Shown: positions 25,818 through 39,821, counted from the first letter of the whole stretch. The stretch is DNA of 63,427 nucleotides, filler included, from Choristocarpus tenellus KU-1152 (GCA_964200185.2; 12 parts of 12 records of this genome joined end to end with filler, not necessarily neighbours in it); one strand, 5' to 3'. Notes: a model not told the origin generated them from the letters alone. Numbers and translations: made by a program.

Positions 25818-28800
25818 TTAGCTAAGCTCATCATGAGTCCTTCTCACAACTGGGCGCATTGTGCCCCATGACATACCGACCAGCATATTGACCGCCAACG
25901 GACATCTGATGCCAAGACTGGTTGGCACTTTTTGTTCCATGCAGGCATGCAACAAGTTCTGCACTTAACAGGACAGGTTTGAGTGACATTCCCACACCAG
26001 TTGTTGACGAGGCAGACCATGACATAGGGGTTCCAGAGAGGGAATGAGAACTGATATGTTTGTTCAGAGTATAATTACATCAGCCACCGAACTAGCCCTC
26101 ACTACATACACATATATCATGGATTTATTTGGCAGTGCGAAAATTGTTGCGCTGTTGAGGCTGCTTGTTGCACGTTCTGTGCATCTGAAGATATTCTTCA
26201 AAGAATCATTCCTACAAAAAAAAAAGCTTAATGTGCTGCAGTTGGAGTGAGACCTTGGACAAAGAGTGGGCAACATGTAAACTACTGCTACACATTCATT
26301 TTGATAGGTAAGGAGACTTGGACATTGAAAAAGGCAACCAAAATTTGATCTCCCTCCTCTCTTCCACACAAGCTCACATCATCTAGATTCACATGTTTGA
26401 AACTTGCAGTGTCGGGTTGTTTGAATCTTGGCTAACGACTACTAACAATAGTGCACTGTGCATCCAAGCATTCCTATCTCAGTGTCCAGCCAAAATGTAA
26501 AAAGAGTAACAATATTCTACTTACAGAAGAATTGATATCACAAAACTTCGTCAAGAATTCTTTGTTCTCCTTCAGAAAAAAAAGGTGGAAGTACCTGTAC
26601 ATTAAACAAAATTCTATTGGCCGACGAAAAGTTTTCGTACTACAAAAATCAAAGTAATAATAGTACACCCTACAATGGGATTTTGATATTGCACTCAGCC
26701 CACGATTGAAACCCTTGACGTACATTTTGGGTATTTCGTTCTGTTTTTCCGTATGACAATCAAGCTACTACTAAGAATGAAAGAGAGGTGGAGTAGAGTC
26801 CATTGGTCTGACAAATTAGATTTCTAAAGTTGTACCTTCCATTGCCTTTCACAATGATAACCAGTATCACTAACCTTCAAGCGTTCAAGGTCTTCCTCGC
26901 ATGCTGGGCATTCAAAGACAAGTTCATCATGTATCTTCAAGAACCCAATTCACATTTCCACGTAGACCCCACAAACCGAAGCAATAGCCAGTCACAAAAA
27001 GCAAGGAAAACAGCCAAGAGAAGAGATTTGTTGAATGTTTCTTTGCAATGAAAAGTAGGGGATTAAATATGAGAATATCAGTGTCTAGGCTACAGTCCAT
27101 TGGGAGCATCTGAGGGCTATTTCCGATGCTGACTATGCTGATTGTTTAACTAGAGAGTTTTCTGTGTTGGGGGAGGGATGTATGAGTTGGTGGTCATGTC
27201 TGCAAAGGAAGGTGGACTTGTCAAATACAGAGGCAAAGTATGTGTTACATTATGCACTTGGACTAGCACTTGCTAAGGGGAATCATTTCCTTCAACAGAC
27301 CCAGGTCTTCATTGACCTGAGTGTTAGGGCGTACCGTGCGCAACTACTTGAGGGTAACGAGAGTATCAAGTTGGGCGCAGATGTCAGTATCTGGTCGTCA
27401 CACAATATTGATAGATATCAGATACCCCCACGTACGGCAATTGGAGAGGGAAAGGAAGGTGCAGGTTAGAACAGCCGATTTCAAAAATTGAGGATGGAGC
27501 TTTTCATTGAGGATGGGCTTGACCCAAAATTGACTGGGATAAAGTGTCGATATGTATTTTTTTTGTATTGATGTTGTCACAACATCATCCTCAATGAAAA
27601 GCTCCATCCTCAATTTTTGAAATCGGCTGTTTTAGGTGCATGTAAACAGCTGACCAACACAACCTTTCCATCAGGGTTTTGGCAATTGTGCATGGAGCAG
27701 GGGGCTTTGGGAACTGGGATTGTGGAGACAACCACGCCCCCCCTCAGGCTTCCCGTTGGGTTAGAAAACTACATGGATTTTCGGAGTAAGGGATATTTTC
27801 ACTGAAAAAATGTTTGGGACCCTTGGTTTACTGGACTTGTTCATCAACATCTGATGTACACACGGAACCCTTTTAGACAGAATTAATACTACTGTGGAGT
27901 ATGTGATAGAGAATGGGATACTATCTTGTATATAGAGAAATGATTCTCAGTCTCCGTATAGCACAACCACCAGTCCATGCAACACCTGCAACACCCTTGA
28001 GAGTGGAACCCCTTGCATGGCATTTCTACTCCCGTGGAGCGTGGTTACACGATACACTTCCTACTAAACCCCCCTCCAAAGCCCTTCTGTTCTCCGCAAA
28101 GGTATCATGTTTGCTTCTCCTCAGTTATCAAAGCTTCTGGCGTAGAGCATAGAAAGTGCATGATGATGCCATGCCAATATTAACAATAAAATTACTAAGG
28201 GGGATCAGGACATGATACAATAAACAATATCTGGATCAATGGAACAACCAGTAGTTCAAGTTAGATTAATGTATGCAAACGCTATGCAACATTCATCTGC
28301 CCCCAAAAGCTTCATATTACTTTCAACATCCATCTCGAGTTGTTATTGCTAAGGTTTGAGGTGTTGAATAATTGCATTACGTATTGAGAGCAGGGAAGAG
28401 TGAAAGAGATACGCGAGCACCTGTATGGTAGTGACTAGGTTCCTGGTGCAATTATAACCTTGATCCTGGAATTGTGTGTCAATTGCTAACAAAAAGGCCT
28501 GGGCTGTAAGGAGGGGAAATATCACAGCAATGCTCTTGGCGAAAATTGGCAGAGCAATACTACACACTTAAGGTTTTAGAACAGAGAATGATTCCATCTT
28601 CTAGTGAGCCTTGAGCTCATTCTCACCTGACATTGTAAAGTTGTAAATGCAGAAATAAAATACTTCAGAGCACAAAAATCACACAGGAACACCCCAGTCA
28701 AAAGATTTATCTTGAAAGAGGGGAAGAACCTGAAGGTAAGGATTGCGTAGGGGTATCCCTATGAATTGACACAGTTGGCTGTGGTAAATAACCTGTACAT

Positions 28801-31800
28801 GGTATGTTTGCGTTGAGTGGGCAAGCACTGCATTCTTCCAATAGATACAAGATGGACTCAACACACTACAAACCTGCATGAGCAGGCGAGGGCAGTCACC
28901 GCAGCCTTCACCCCTCCATATATCTAACCCTCTGGTGACCAAGACCATTGCTGCCTTGATGATGTCAGCAGCTGTGCCCTAGTGGAATGAGAGGGGTGCG
29001 GGGTGGTGAGGAGACATGTTGGTAAGCGAGGAATTGCCGCAAAATCGATAAGACACCATACTCCATCTAGTTGAGGATTGCAAACATTCTGGTCTTCGGT
29101 CGTATACTTCTCAAGAGTTTCTGACTTTCCTTGGGCACTCACTAAAACGAAATTCACGCACATTATTACATTATTATTATTATTATTATTGTGTACATTG
29201 GTAGTCATCGGCCAGGGAAAATATATTGGGATCGATGGCTACAATGCTGGTGAACATTTACCCTCAAGGAAGAAAAAAATGCACAAGGCTTCTACCAAGG
29301 AAACGCTTCACAACTCCCGTAAGGGGGAAGTAATGGGCAGGAAGAAGGGGTGTTGCATTTGTTGTGATATTGAAAGCTAAATTTCCACACCATTCAAATA
29401 ATGTTGACAGGTCCATCCTTCACCCTACTGCAGGAAACAAGCTATGGTACCAGCACATACCATGACATTGCAGCTAGTGAGAAGTCTATCCTTGTCATGG
29501 TATCCCTACCATTTGTGGCAACGCCATTTGTGAACAATAGTATAAAATATAGCTATAGCAGTCGAGTCTGTGGTGCTTGGAATTCCAATTGAGTGTGTAT
29601 ACTATACTATTGCGATATACATTCAGTCCTTGTTTGTAACGTTTCTCAAAGAAGCGGGAGGGGTTGTCTACCTGCACAATGGAGTTCACTGCTTGGCGTT
29701 CAGCCTGTGCACGCAGGGTAGTGTTCTTGGAGTTAATTTCTGGTAGGTGCCGCCTGCGTCCAGTCAGAGTCTTCACGTAACCCTTCTCCCGTGCAAACCT
29801 TGCATATTGAAAGATGAGTAGAGGTGTTTCAAAGATAGAAAGTGCAGAAGAGGAATGTTAATGTTATGGAAACTGTTGCTCACCAAATGTGTCGAAAATA
29901 TTAAACCTGTAACAGTAGTAGTAATTCCACTGTGACTCAAAAATCAAAACTTCAATCTTTGCTCTCGATTCTGGAATTACTAGCAAAGGCACCTGGAGTA
30001 AAATTCGTTCAAATTGAGAAAGAAGAACAAAACAAAGCACGCAAAGTTAGAAATTCTGCAAGGAGTACCCCTGAACCTTAGACACTGGAATGCAATTCAA
30101 CATAGCTACACTACCTAGGAGTTTGCATCATGGGTAAACTGAAGCTTGTGTGGGATTCTTGCACAAAAAATTGCACACCCCAAGGATCCCATGTCCAGAG
30201 GAAAGCACAGAACTGAGTATTATGAAAGGCAAAATAATTCCACCACCTGGAGTTCTTGACTATCACCCTCATGTCGACAGGGAAATTAAGGGGGGAGGGT
30301 ATGGGCGATGGGGGTAACGAAGGGGCACCTTTTTGTGACACGGATATAGTTGTCAATCCCTGGGAAGGCCTCAAGGAAAGAGCGCACCAAGTCTGATGCC
30401 TGTTGTAGGGTGGAACAGATTGGGAAGGATGTATTTACTACAGTGTAGTACTAGTAGCAAATTGGGTCATTTGGGGGAGATGCAAACTTGGATACAAAGG
30501 CTATGCGTGCTTGGAATGTCAACCTCACACGCTGCACTGTAGACGGTACAAAAGCGACTCATCAGCCTTAACCCCAGATTTGCACCAGCCCGTTCATTGA
30601 ACACGCATCTCCTAGGTATGACCATCAGTTTCTGCAAAAGGTGCAAAAATATGTAATACAGAGGGTAGCAGGGCTCATGCACTTGGAGAAAATATCTAGT
30701 GTGTCACCAAGGATCTGTTGCCTGAGCTCAACGTATCAAAATAGCAAGGGAATGAGGTTTACTGCAGTGGAGGGCACAATGAAAGGTAGAAACGCATTCC
30801 ACACTTTTTAGTACCTGCCCCTCCTTAATTCCAAGCTTTCGTGCGACCTGTGGGGTGCCCATACCTGCGTAAGGGTGGGTAGTATTAGGTGTACTACTGA
30901 GAGGGTTGGTTTAGGTGTGGGGAGGGTTTGGTACTGTATTGTCATGTTGGGGGGACAGTGAGGAGTGGGGCAAGAAACTTGTGAGTCCATCTGTTTGATA
31001 AAGTTGCAGTGTGAAGAGAGAGTTGAAAGAGAATCATTTGAACAAAATCCGTGCAATTAAAGATTGTCCCCCATGGACTATACTCCAATACTATACTGCT
31101 ATGATACTGTGTATACCATGCCTAATCAATAGGCTTGAGCTATGTACACATTGTTCAGTCATCACAGTAGAGGGTAGTGCTGCACCCCTCCTCAGCAACC
31201 CCTTTAGTGTTTTCTATATATTGTGGACTCTCCAACACTATTCCTGTGCTCTTCATTTTCACGCCTGGTGTGTGCACTCTATGCCAGTCATCTACGTTGA
31301 AAAAAGTGCTTACTGTGTCACACAATTGACCGATAGAATGTCAGCTAAACAAGAGAGAGAGAGAGGGAGATAGAAAGAGAGATGCAACATTCCTTATTCC
31401 GACCTTGATATCAACCCTTACTCCACCCCCATCCTCATTCCCCCTCCCATGCTGCTTGTGTGCTCCAACATAAGGCTCAGCAACACATCTCCTACACCCC
31501 CCCTAAATGAATGAGGCCCAGAAACTGTGGGAGGCATTGCATACATACCCTCCAAGAACTCAAAATAATAGACACAGGTTTATCAAGGAGCACTTATATG
31601 GAAGTAGGCACAAGTACAGACAGAGACACAGGTAAAGGTTGTGCATAAATTGACATATGCCTGCAGCTGTCAGCTGGTGATCAGCCTTATATGGGTGTTT
31701 TAACTCCCTTGAGTAGTGGAGTCTTGTCCTCCTCACCGTAGATTATGCCAAGGCAAACAGTCTTGGCCCTTGTCCGCTCCGCTGGGCTCACATCCAATTC

Positions 31801-34800
31801 TGCCTTGCCCAAGACCTGCCCTTGTTGCATCACTTTTACCGTTTAAATTTTAAAAGCTTTAAGTAGTGAAAGAGGAGCATGTTTGAAAGTGCTGACAAGG
31901 AATTTTGAAGCACAATTAATTCTGATTCGTTTGGTAAGCATGAGCGTGGCACTCCTGTCTGAACTGCCAAAACAGAACATCATCTAACTAGTTTGACAAA
32001 TGGCAATATATATTCCATTTCTGCAAGGCTGTGGGTTTGGGTATATCGTGATGAGTCACACGTAAAAGAAACAACTTGCAAATTTCATATGTTCAAGGTA
32101 GGGTGGGTGAGAGCAAATGTGTGAGCTTGTCTCAAGTAGGAGGTGAGTACCCTTCATTTTCAACAAAGTCACCATTCAAAGGTACAGTACTAGTTCAGCT
32201 GCCACAGCAGGACAACACGGTGATAATGTTAGCAGATTAGGGTTCTTTCCTGCCTTCTTGCATTTCACAAAAAAATGCTCCATTTTTTCTTCCCTAGTCA
32301 AAATACAATAATAATACTGCATAGGAGTACTTAACATTTTATGAATTATGCAATCGGTTCCACAGCAAACAGAGTTTGCACTAATATAGCCAAAAAATTA
32401 GGGCTGTTACCGGACCAAGCGTATAAATAATGCAGAAGAGGAGCATAATACTCTTACTATTTATACGTATCACTGTACCACTCATAGTATTGGAATCAAG
32501 TTATGGGAAAACACTGAGCGAGGTTGGGGCTATGCTGAAGAAGGGAACGGCAGCAAGATCGGATGGTTGTAAATACCTGAGCGGCAAGGAGGCGATATAT
32601 GTCTCCCTTCCTACCTCCCTGCCCCCCTGTTGTCTCCTCTTCAGAGCCGAACAGGCTTAGAAGACGAGGGTCTCCACACGCGTGAGCTAGTACACGCATC
32701 TGCTCAAGGAGAGAGACGTGCAAACGACATCAGTGGTAGAATCAGCAGGACAAGCAGTTTGCAAGGAAAGAGCATTTCCTGGAAAAATCTTGACCGCACC
32801 ATACCCATGCCCTTCTTCCACCCCAGGCAACCTCTAAACAGAGATAGCCCCACTCGCATCCACATGTTCATGAGGAAGACTCTATGCACGGGCTTTTGTT
32901 ACTATACAGCAACTGTTATTCAAACATACACATGGTCTCCTTGCCTCTATCTGGCTATAGTCTGCAGCCATGAGTGTGAACCCTCGCGACGCCACAAATG
33001 CTTCTCTGATGTTGACACCTGCACAGGCAGATAGGGGGTCGCTGCTCTTGGGGATCTGCCCCATACCCATCCCCAACGGTACAAACAGACAAGACCAAGG
33101 GCAAGGTTACAACAACAGCAGGACAGAAAAAAACTAGGGCAAGTTTCGGGGGAGCGTGGTCACATAAAGGGGAGCATTCTTAAAGGCACATGGCAGGTGT
33201 CCTGCTTCTCTGTGGAGTGTGAATATGGCTTACGCTGTCAACTCTACTACTGGGTGTAAGTGATAAAAAAGGAAACATAATACACCTATTATCATATGGC
33301 ACACTATTCCGCTCAGTTCTCACAACAAATTGTTTGTCACAGTAGTAGAACTAGTACCCATTCAAGATGTATGTGAAGTACTACTAGTGAAACACTTACT
33401 TGGGTTGTGCAAGGAAATAACATTAGAATTCAGACTGGCCACTTGAACTCACCAGGTAGAAAACAATGAAATATTAAGTGTGGAATGCAGAGCTGGGGGC
33501 AGCATGTGTTCTCTTAATCACCATGAGGTGTATCATGGGTGGATGGGAAGTTTAGGACTGGGGGGGTTCGTGTGGAGGAATTGCAATTCATGATTGGCCA
33601 GCGGTATGAAGGGGGTTGTGGAGCTCAGGCATTAGCAGGGTGTAAAGCTGTATCAAGCAAAAATCCTTTCGGAAATCTACCTTCCTCTTACCAAGCCCAC
33701 TTCCCCAACCCCCCACCTGTTGCAAGTTTGGCCGAGAGCAGCTGAGGCGTCCAGTGCGTACGGAGGTTTGATGCCACAAGGCATGGATTACTGCCGTCAG
33801 TGCACCCTATTTTCGATTGCACAAGTAATTAGTGAAAAGCACGAGTTGGTTAGGGGGAGAGGTTTAGCGTTGGGGTTGGATTGCCATTAGAATCAAATAC
33901 TGTTGCACACTAAAGCTTGTAATGAGTTATACACTGATTTTGACATTAAGTGCATTCGTGGGAAGAACCAAATACTCCACAAAGTATAGGCAGTGTATCT
34001 CAAAGCCAATGCTGTAGGTCATAAAGGGTTGAAATTGTTACACACAAGACCTGGCTGGGTGGTAGTGCACTGTCAGTCAGAGGGGCGCCTATTGCCCTTG
34101 CCACTAGCTTGTCAACGTATCTGCACAGGGGAGAACGGGGTAATGTATCATTCAATTGACAATGGGGAGGAAATTTGTCACAAAAACACATGATCCTTTT
34201 CCCTTTAGTAGCAAATTTAGTGCAATATCTGATCCCTGCAGGTAGTCTAAATACAGCAGACAAAAGCATATATGGAGCCCTACACCTTAAGCGCACTGTA
34301 TATATATATATTGTGCCATGTTGATATAGAAGGTATAGAGTTTCACTTGACCCAGCGAATGAGACTTAAAATTTTACTACCGAAGGAAAATAAAGGAGTA
34401 GGAAGGACTTGCACCCCAAGTCACTCTGGTGAAAAAATACCCCAGAGTCTGAGCTACAACAGCAATCGAAGTCAACTGCTATGAGAGGACATAGTATACA
34501 CCATTGTGAGGGTAGAGAAATACTCTGGGTAGCACACAAAAAGAGAGTGTCACACTTCTATGGGATCACCAAAAGTAAACAAAAGAAAAATCTCCTCTAC
34601 TCAGACAGAATATTACCACTATTGAACTACAAAAGCTAGCTGAACAAACAAAAAGTATATATACAAGCAACACCAAGATACCATTCTTCTGACTTTCACC
34701 TCGAACCAATGCTATCCTGGTAAACCTACTCCCAAGTAAAGGGGTCAAGCAACTTGTATCCATTCAAACAGCATACCATTTCTATCGAAGTCCTCCCAAT

Positions 34801-36300
34801 ACTTGGGATCTTTATGGCAACAGGATATCAGCTATGATCTAATCATGGGACTTTCAATAATTTCATACAATGCAGACCTCCCTCTTCCTCAAATCCCTTC
34901 TCCATACACCCCCATCTACAAGGAAGAAAGAAACTCCCCTCTCCCTCTCACGTGGTCTTGAGCTTGTTTACGCTCCTAAACTCAATGATGGAGGCAACAG
35001 CGGGGTGCATCTCCCTCAGCCCCTCCAGCACTTCCTCAGAAGTGGATGCATGCTTGCTGCCTGACCTTATAGGAGGTGCTGGTAGCCCCAATCGGCCAAA
35101 GAGCGCATCAGCCACCTGACAGGTTGGACCCAGCATTTTTCATCGTGAAGCATTGGGGATGGGAGGATTGAGATGGATAATGGGGCGATGGGAATATCAA
35201 GAGGCCTTCTACTTAGGTATGTGGACAACTGTTGATAGACCTCACGAGATGATTGCACCAAATTGAGCACATAAGCAGTTTCTTTACTGCATGAAACATT
35301 GTTTGGTGGGTGCTAGGGAACTGTGAGACAGAAAGAAACAGTGTCTAGCACAGTCATTCTATGTTACATGATATGTCCATAGAGCAGAGATTGTGTGGGG
35401 CACACCTACATATTTTGCAGTGCAAGCAACTGTAAGTAGCTCTCCATAGTACTACATAGCACTGCACATGTTGTTGCAAACCAATCACAAAAAGGGGGGG
35501 GTGTATTCAGCACCTTGGCAAAGTACTCACATGTAATGCTTTGGTACCACATGCTACGACTCTTCACAAGGTGTCTTTGTTGTTGCAAAGCAGCAACCAC
35601 ATCCCTTAAGTATGCAAGGGCTGCTGCCTCAAAGTGTTGAATGAAAGAAATTACCATCACCCTCGAATAATCAGAAAATGCTAGTCACTCCTGCCACAAG
35701 GATACACCAACTTCACTTCAACACTAAAACAAAAACTTGGCTCAACTTATCCTCCAGATCACGTGCGTCAACTACCCGAAATCTATGGACTGGTCAATAC
35801 ATACTGAAATAAGAGGGAAATACAGGAAACGGCACTGAAATATATTCAAGCCCAAAACCATAACGTGCTGGAACTAATCAACTCATGCCAAGCTTTCCCC
35901 CCTCTACCTCACTCAAGGTTATCTGGGTGTGTAATCCCAATTCTTTTTTAGGGAATTGTAAAGCTTAGCATCTTTCAGTACTGAAGTAGACATTTACCCC
36001 CATGAATTTACTTCAAATGGGCAGCATCTCCTACTGTCTGCACCACACTCCAGATCAGTAACATCCCAGCAGAACATAAGTTGTTCTGCTTTTTGTGCGT
36101 ATGCCATCAAGGTGGAAGGAGTCTACCTGCTCAGGAGATGCAAGGTTGAAGTCTCTCCCACCCACACTGGCATGTGCCTCTCTCCTAAGTGAATCCAGGT
36201 GCTGCCCCAGAGCCTCTGAGAAACGAGACACGCGTTCAGGGATGAAGATGATACCGTTTACTTCCATGCTAGCCAAAACCGGAACCACAGGCATCTCGAC
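25818..36300 (-). CDS. Family A DNA polymerase, polymerase domain (POLN/Pol I-like; N-terminus beyond contig end). Exons 36127-36300, 34952-35115, 34051-34120, 33717-33806, 32945-33055, 32577-32699, 31737-31815, 30815-30864, 30329-30399, 29672-29798, 28874-28978, 26875-26934, 25818-25958
   Basis: 13 exons (1365 nt, 454 aa + stop) splice in consistent phase: EMPVVPVLASMEVNGI, FNLASPEQV, STSEEVL, WHQTSVRTGRLSCSRPNLQQIPK, motif A DYSQIEMRVLAH, motif B RTRAKTVCLGIIYG, GYVKTLTGRRRHLP, ERQAVNSIVQGTAADIIK, motif C QIHDELVFE, CPLAVNMLVGMSWG. Confidence 0.93.
27095..27465 (+). mobile_element. Ty1/copia RNase H remnant in a polymerase intron
   Basis: SDADYADC...GCMSWWSCLQRKVDLSNTEAKYV matches the copia RNase H motifs SDAD.A...SW.S..Q..V.LSTTEAEY. 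Confidence 0.7.
27470..27631. mobile_element. MITE family E, palindromic form (162 bp)
   Basis: Perfect 46-bp inverted arms 27470-27515 / 27586-27631 (AACAGCCGATTTCAAAAATTGAGGATGGAGCTTTTCATTGAGGATG); TSD TTAG/TTAG. Confidence 0.9.
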
Positions 36301-36959
36301 CTGGTTGTGAGGTCCCCACCCCCACCCCCACCCCCCAAGGTTTGGGCAGCAATGACTTGTGGTTATAGATTGGAATTGTGTTTGGGTNNNNNNNNNNNNN
36401 NNNNNNNNNNNNNNNNNNNNNNNNNNNNNNNTTAATTAATTAANNNNNNNNNNNNNNNNNNNNNNNNNNNNNNNNNNNNNNNNNNNNCCCAGATACTTTG
36501 ACCCTCTCCTTCTCTTTTCCTCACGGGAATATCCCTCGCTGTTCCGTTCCTCCTGGGACTCCTGGAGCACAGTCAGAAAGTCCCCCTTCTATTTTTTCCG
36601 CTCTGCATAACCCCCAATGTAGCCCACGAAGATCATTACGCCCCCCAGCACCCCAATCAATCAATAGAAGTTCGGCAGTCATACATTTTAGTTGTCGTAC
36701 GAGAAACACAGGGGTGCATATCAGGATTATCTCTCGACACGGTTGTTGCAACATATTTATTTGAGCATTTAGAATCCCCTAGGTGACTGTATTGCTGGAG
36801 ATAAAGGACCAAACACAAAAGAGGATGTTGTAGCAGTGAAAACCAACGCAAGGTTATCTTTTCTGTACTTTTGTTCAAGGCACACATAGGAGCATATGAG
36901 AATAACTGGTGCACAAACCACGGTTGTAACATTAGCAAACGCCAAGTCACCGACCAGGT

Positions 36960-38240
36960 AGTCTATCTACTCATATCTCTGGGGTTTATTAATGTTTCAA
37001 TAAAAGCTGAGTGTACCGAGGCAAGAGCAGGGAGTGCAGGGGAAGGAGGGGTCAATGGAAGAGAGACCTGATGATGCTGAGCACGACATTCTTGGTCAGC
37101 GTGTGTGGGCATGAGGGGATAGGAGTACCTAGGGTCTTGTGGAGGGTGGATGGGTGCTGATGAGGTAGATGGTGTGGTGTGGCGCATGGGGCATTTGTGT
37201 GGATGGTGACCAAGTTAGCGGCTGTGGCGGCATGGTTGTGCCTTGATTGTGAGAGTCACGTTGGGTGTTCTGTCAGAGACTGTATAGGGAAGTTTAAGGT
37301 AATTGTTGAACGTGGCGTGGATGGCGGAGTTGAGGGAGTCCGGGGAGAAGTCCAAGTCGAATCAAGCTTGGGCTCATGATGCATCACAGTGCAGAGGGCA
37401 TGCCAGAGATGAGGGTTGTGCATGGATAGAAGTCGCCGATGATTTCACTTAACCCTTTGAGTTCAGCTTTGGTCCTGTAAAGGCAAAGTATCCACTGATT
37501 GAGCCAAAGTATCTTAGAGGGTAGAGCCGTGTCTATTTGGGGGCCAAAATCCAATGTTGCGATTTTGATGTAATTTTGGGTATTGTGTTTGTTAGGAACT
37601 GCCAATATCCTTATTCCGGACACACATTTTCATAATGTACACATTTTACCTACTCCGAAATATTCGGAGTAGGAAAATGTCATAAAAACCCCGAGGGAAG
37701 CCAAGCCCGAAATGGACAAACAGGGCAAAACTCGAACCCTCTAAGATACTTTCACTCATTGAGATCCTCCTCAGACTCTATGGTACAGTGCTAAAAACGG
37801 TGGTGGACCTCTCGCATACGCAGCTCTGTGGCTGCCTTGTACTTGCTCTTGAGAGCTTGCCATTCCTCGAGTCCATTGTTGAGTCCATCGTTGAGTGTTG
37901 ATTCATCTCGTTGCTGGAGTCCATGAAGGATGCCTTTTCCTGGCCCTCGACGGGTTGCAAGTAGGATGCCAAGCAGTTGATTGTTGTCTCTGGCAGAGTT
38001 ACGCTAAGGTACGCTGAAGGGCACTGGGGGGAGACAAGGAAGTGTCGGAAGGTGCATCAAGGTTGGGCACAGATGTATCACAAGTTGTAGGAAGAGGTCA
38101 GGAGCTGGATTGAACCAGAACACTATGGACCTGAGGTGTCACGCTGCTCGAGATGCCAACGAATTTCAGCTTGAAGGCTTCCCAGGCAGATTCGCCAATC
38201 AAAAAGACGGGGGAGTTTGATTGTACATTCCATGATGGTG
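36960..38240 (-). mobile_element. Decayed LTR-retrotransposon (copia-like) gag remnant
   Basis: AWEAFKLKF...NGLEEWQALKSKYKAATELRMREV...LYRTKAELKGLSEII...LISGMP resembles UBN2-type copia gag; stops and frameshifts; interrupted by MITE A. Confidence 0.5.
37501..37757 (+). mobile_element. MITE family A
   Basis: Family A TIRs; flanked by ATT/ATT (3 bp). Confidence 0.92.
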
Positions 38241-39654
38241 GCGAAAGAAGAGTTGCAGTAGCGGATGCATGGCAGACATACAGTGGTAGAACAGGTGAGG
38301 TCGAGAGGGTTGGTCAGGTATAGAAGGCTCTTAACCTGTTAAAAACTTGAATCGAATGAATCGTTGGTTCTCATGGAGTGCTGTGTGTAGAGGCTTGGAG
38401 TTTTGCAAATCGAAGAGATGACCCAGTGCACCAAGCATTTGCCAGATTTCAATGAGGTATATCTTGTAACATGTTTTATTTAGAAACTGATTGAATGCTG
38501 TAGTGTATGACACTATTCAGTGCTGTGGTGCAAGATAGAGATGCATGCTCTGAGCAGATGCTTGTAACCTTATAGACAAGGTGGTGGATGCGTTTACTTT
38601 GAATATATATAATCCAGTTCTGTATCGAGTTGCACATACAACAGAGTGAATTCGAACTGTGAAGAGAGGGTCGATACCTAAAAAACTCAATAAAAAGAGA
38701 TGCTGGAGAAATTTATTTTGTGAGACTAAATAAAAAAGAGACTCAAGTCCAATTCGTAGACAACTCATATGTGTCACGCACTGACTGAGTCTGTATGTTG
38801 AAGATATCTACCAATCCCAGGGATAACAATACTATATCCATGCAGAAAGAGAAACGGTTTGTTGTGGTCACATACCGTGCAAAAGCGGTATATGTGTGAC
38901 TTGGATAGTTACATGTTAAGGAACCAACACTAGTGGACAGGCCAACAGTCCACACTAGTCGATTGTACTGAACTGTATCAACGAAGTGTGAGGAAAGAGT
39001 CTATGCTTTAGCAACCGCACTCCTACCTCAGTTCCTATTGTTGCGTTGATTAGATGGAGTTTGGACCCCACATCTCCCATCCACCAAAGCTTTTCACGCC
39101 ATCAAATGTCTCCCATGTGACCACGTAGCCCTTGAACATCATCACATTGTCCAATTCCAGTGGCAGGACGTGGCTTGGATTTTTTTTGTAGGACAATCAC
39201 CTACATTTAATGCCACTTTCTGAGGTCTCAAGAGGGCCTTCATCGCAGCCGGAACAATAAGTGTGAATAGAGGGACAAGTAGTGGCAGACTGCTATCAGA
39301 CTTTAAGGCTGCAAAGGGTACTATGTACAAACCAATCCAAACATCCCCGAGGGATACTTGACTCTTGAGTGTGTTTTACTGGGTGCACAAAAAGATAAGT
39401 ACCCCCAACTGGTAACTCTCGGGAGCGATTATTAATATTGAAAAGCGAAGAGGTCACGCAGCTTGCCATTGTGTGATGTAGGGGTGACCAATCCCATAGA
39501 CTTGGGACAACTTGTTATTCAAGTTGTCACACATGGAAGATCCACTTTGTTCTCNNNNNNNNNNNNNNNNNNNNNNNNNNNNNNNNNNNNNNNNNNNNTT
39601 AATTAATTAANNNNNNNNNNNNNNNNNNNNNNNNNNNNNNNNNNNNNNNNNNNN

Positions 39655-39697
<43 letters not shown>

Positions 39698-39744
39698 AAA
39701 AGAAAAAAAGAAAGAAAAGAGAGGGGGGGGGGGGGGGGGGGGGG
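39655..39744. repeat. Poly(A)-rich run followed by poly(G) at contig end
   Basis: Directly visible homopolymers. Confidence 0.9.
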
Positions 39745-39821
39745 AAGAATCCCCACAATCTAAATCTGGAGCAAGACACGAAATTTGAGCAAAACAAAAA
39801 AATTAAACACTTGAACCTCAC

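Noticed and set aside
25821-25835. C-terminal HDEL in the polymerase as an ER-retention signal or second motif C
   Set aside because: It is followed by Ser before the stop, and the true motif C (IHDELVFE) is in exon 26875-26934; likely coincidence.
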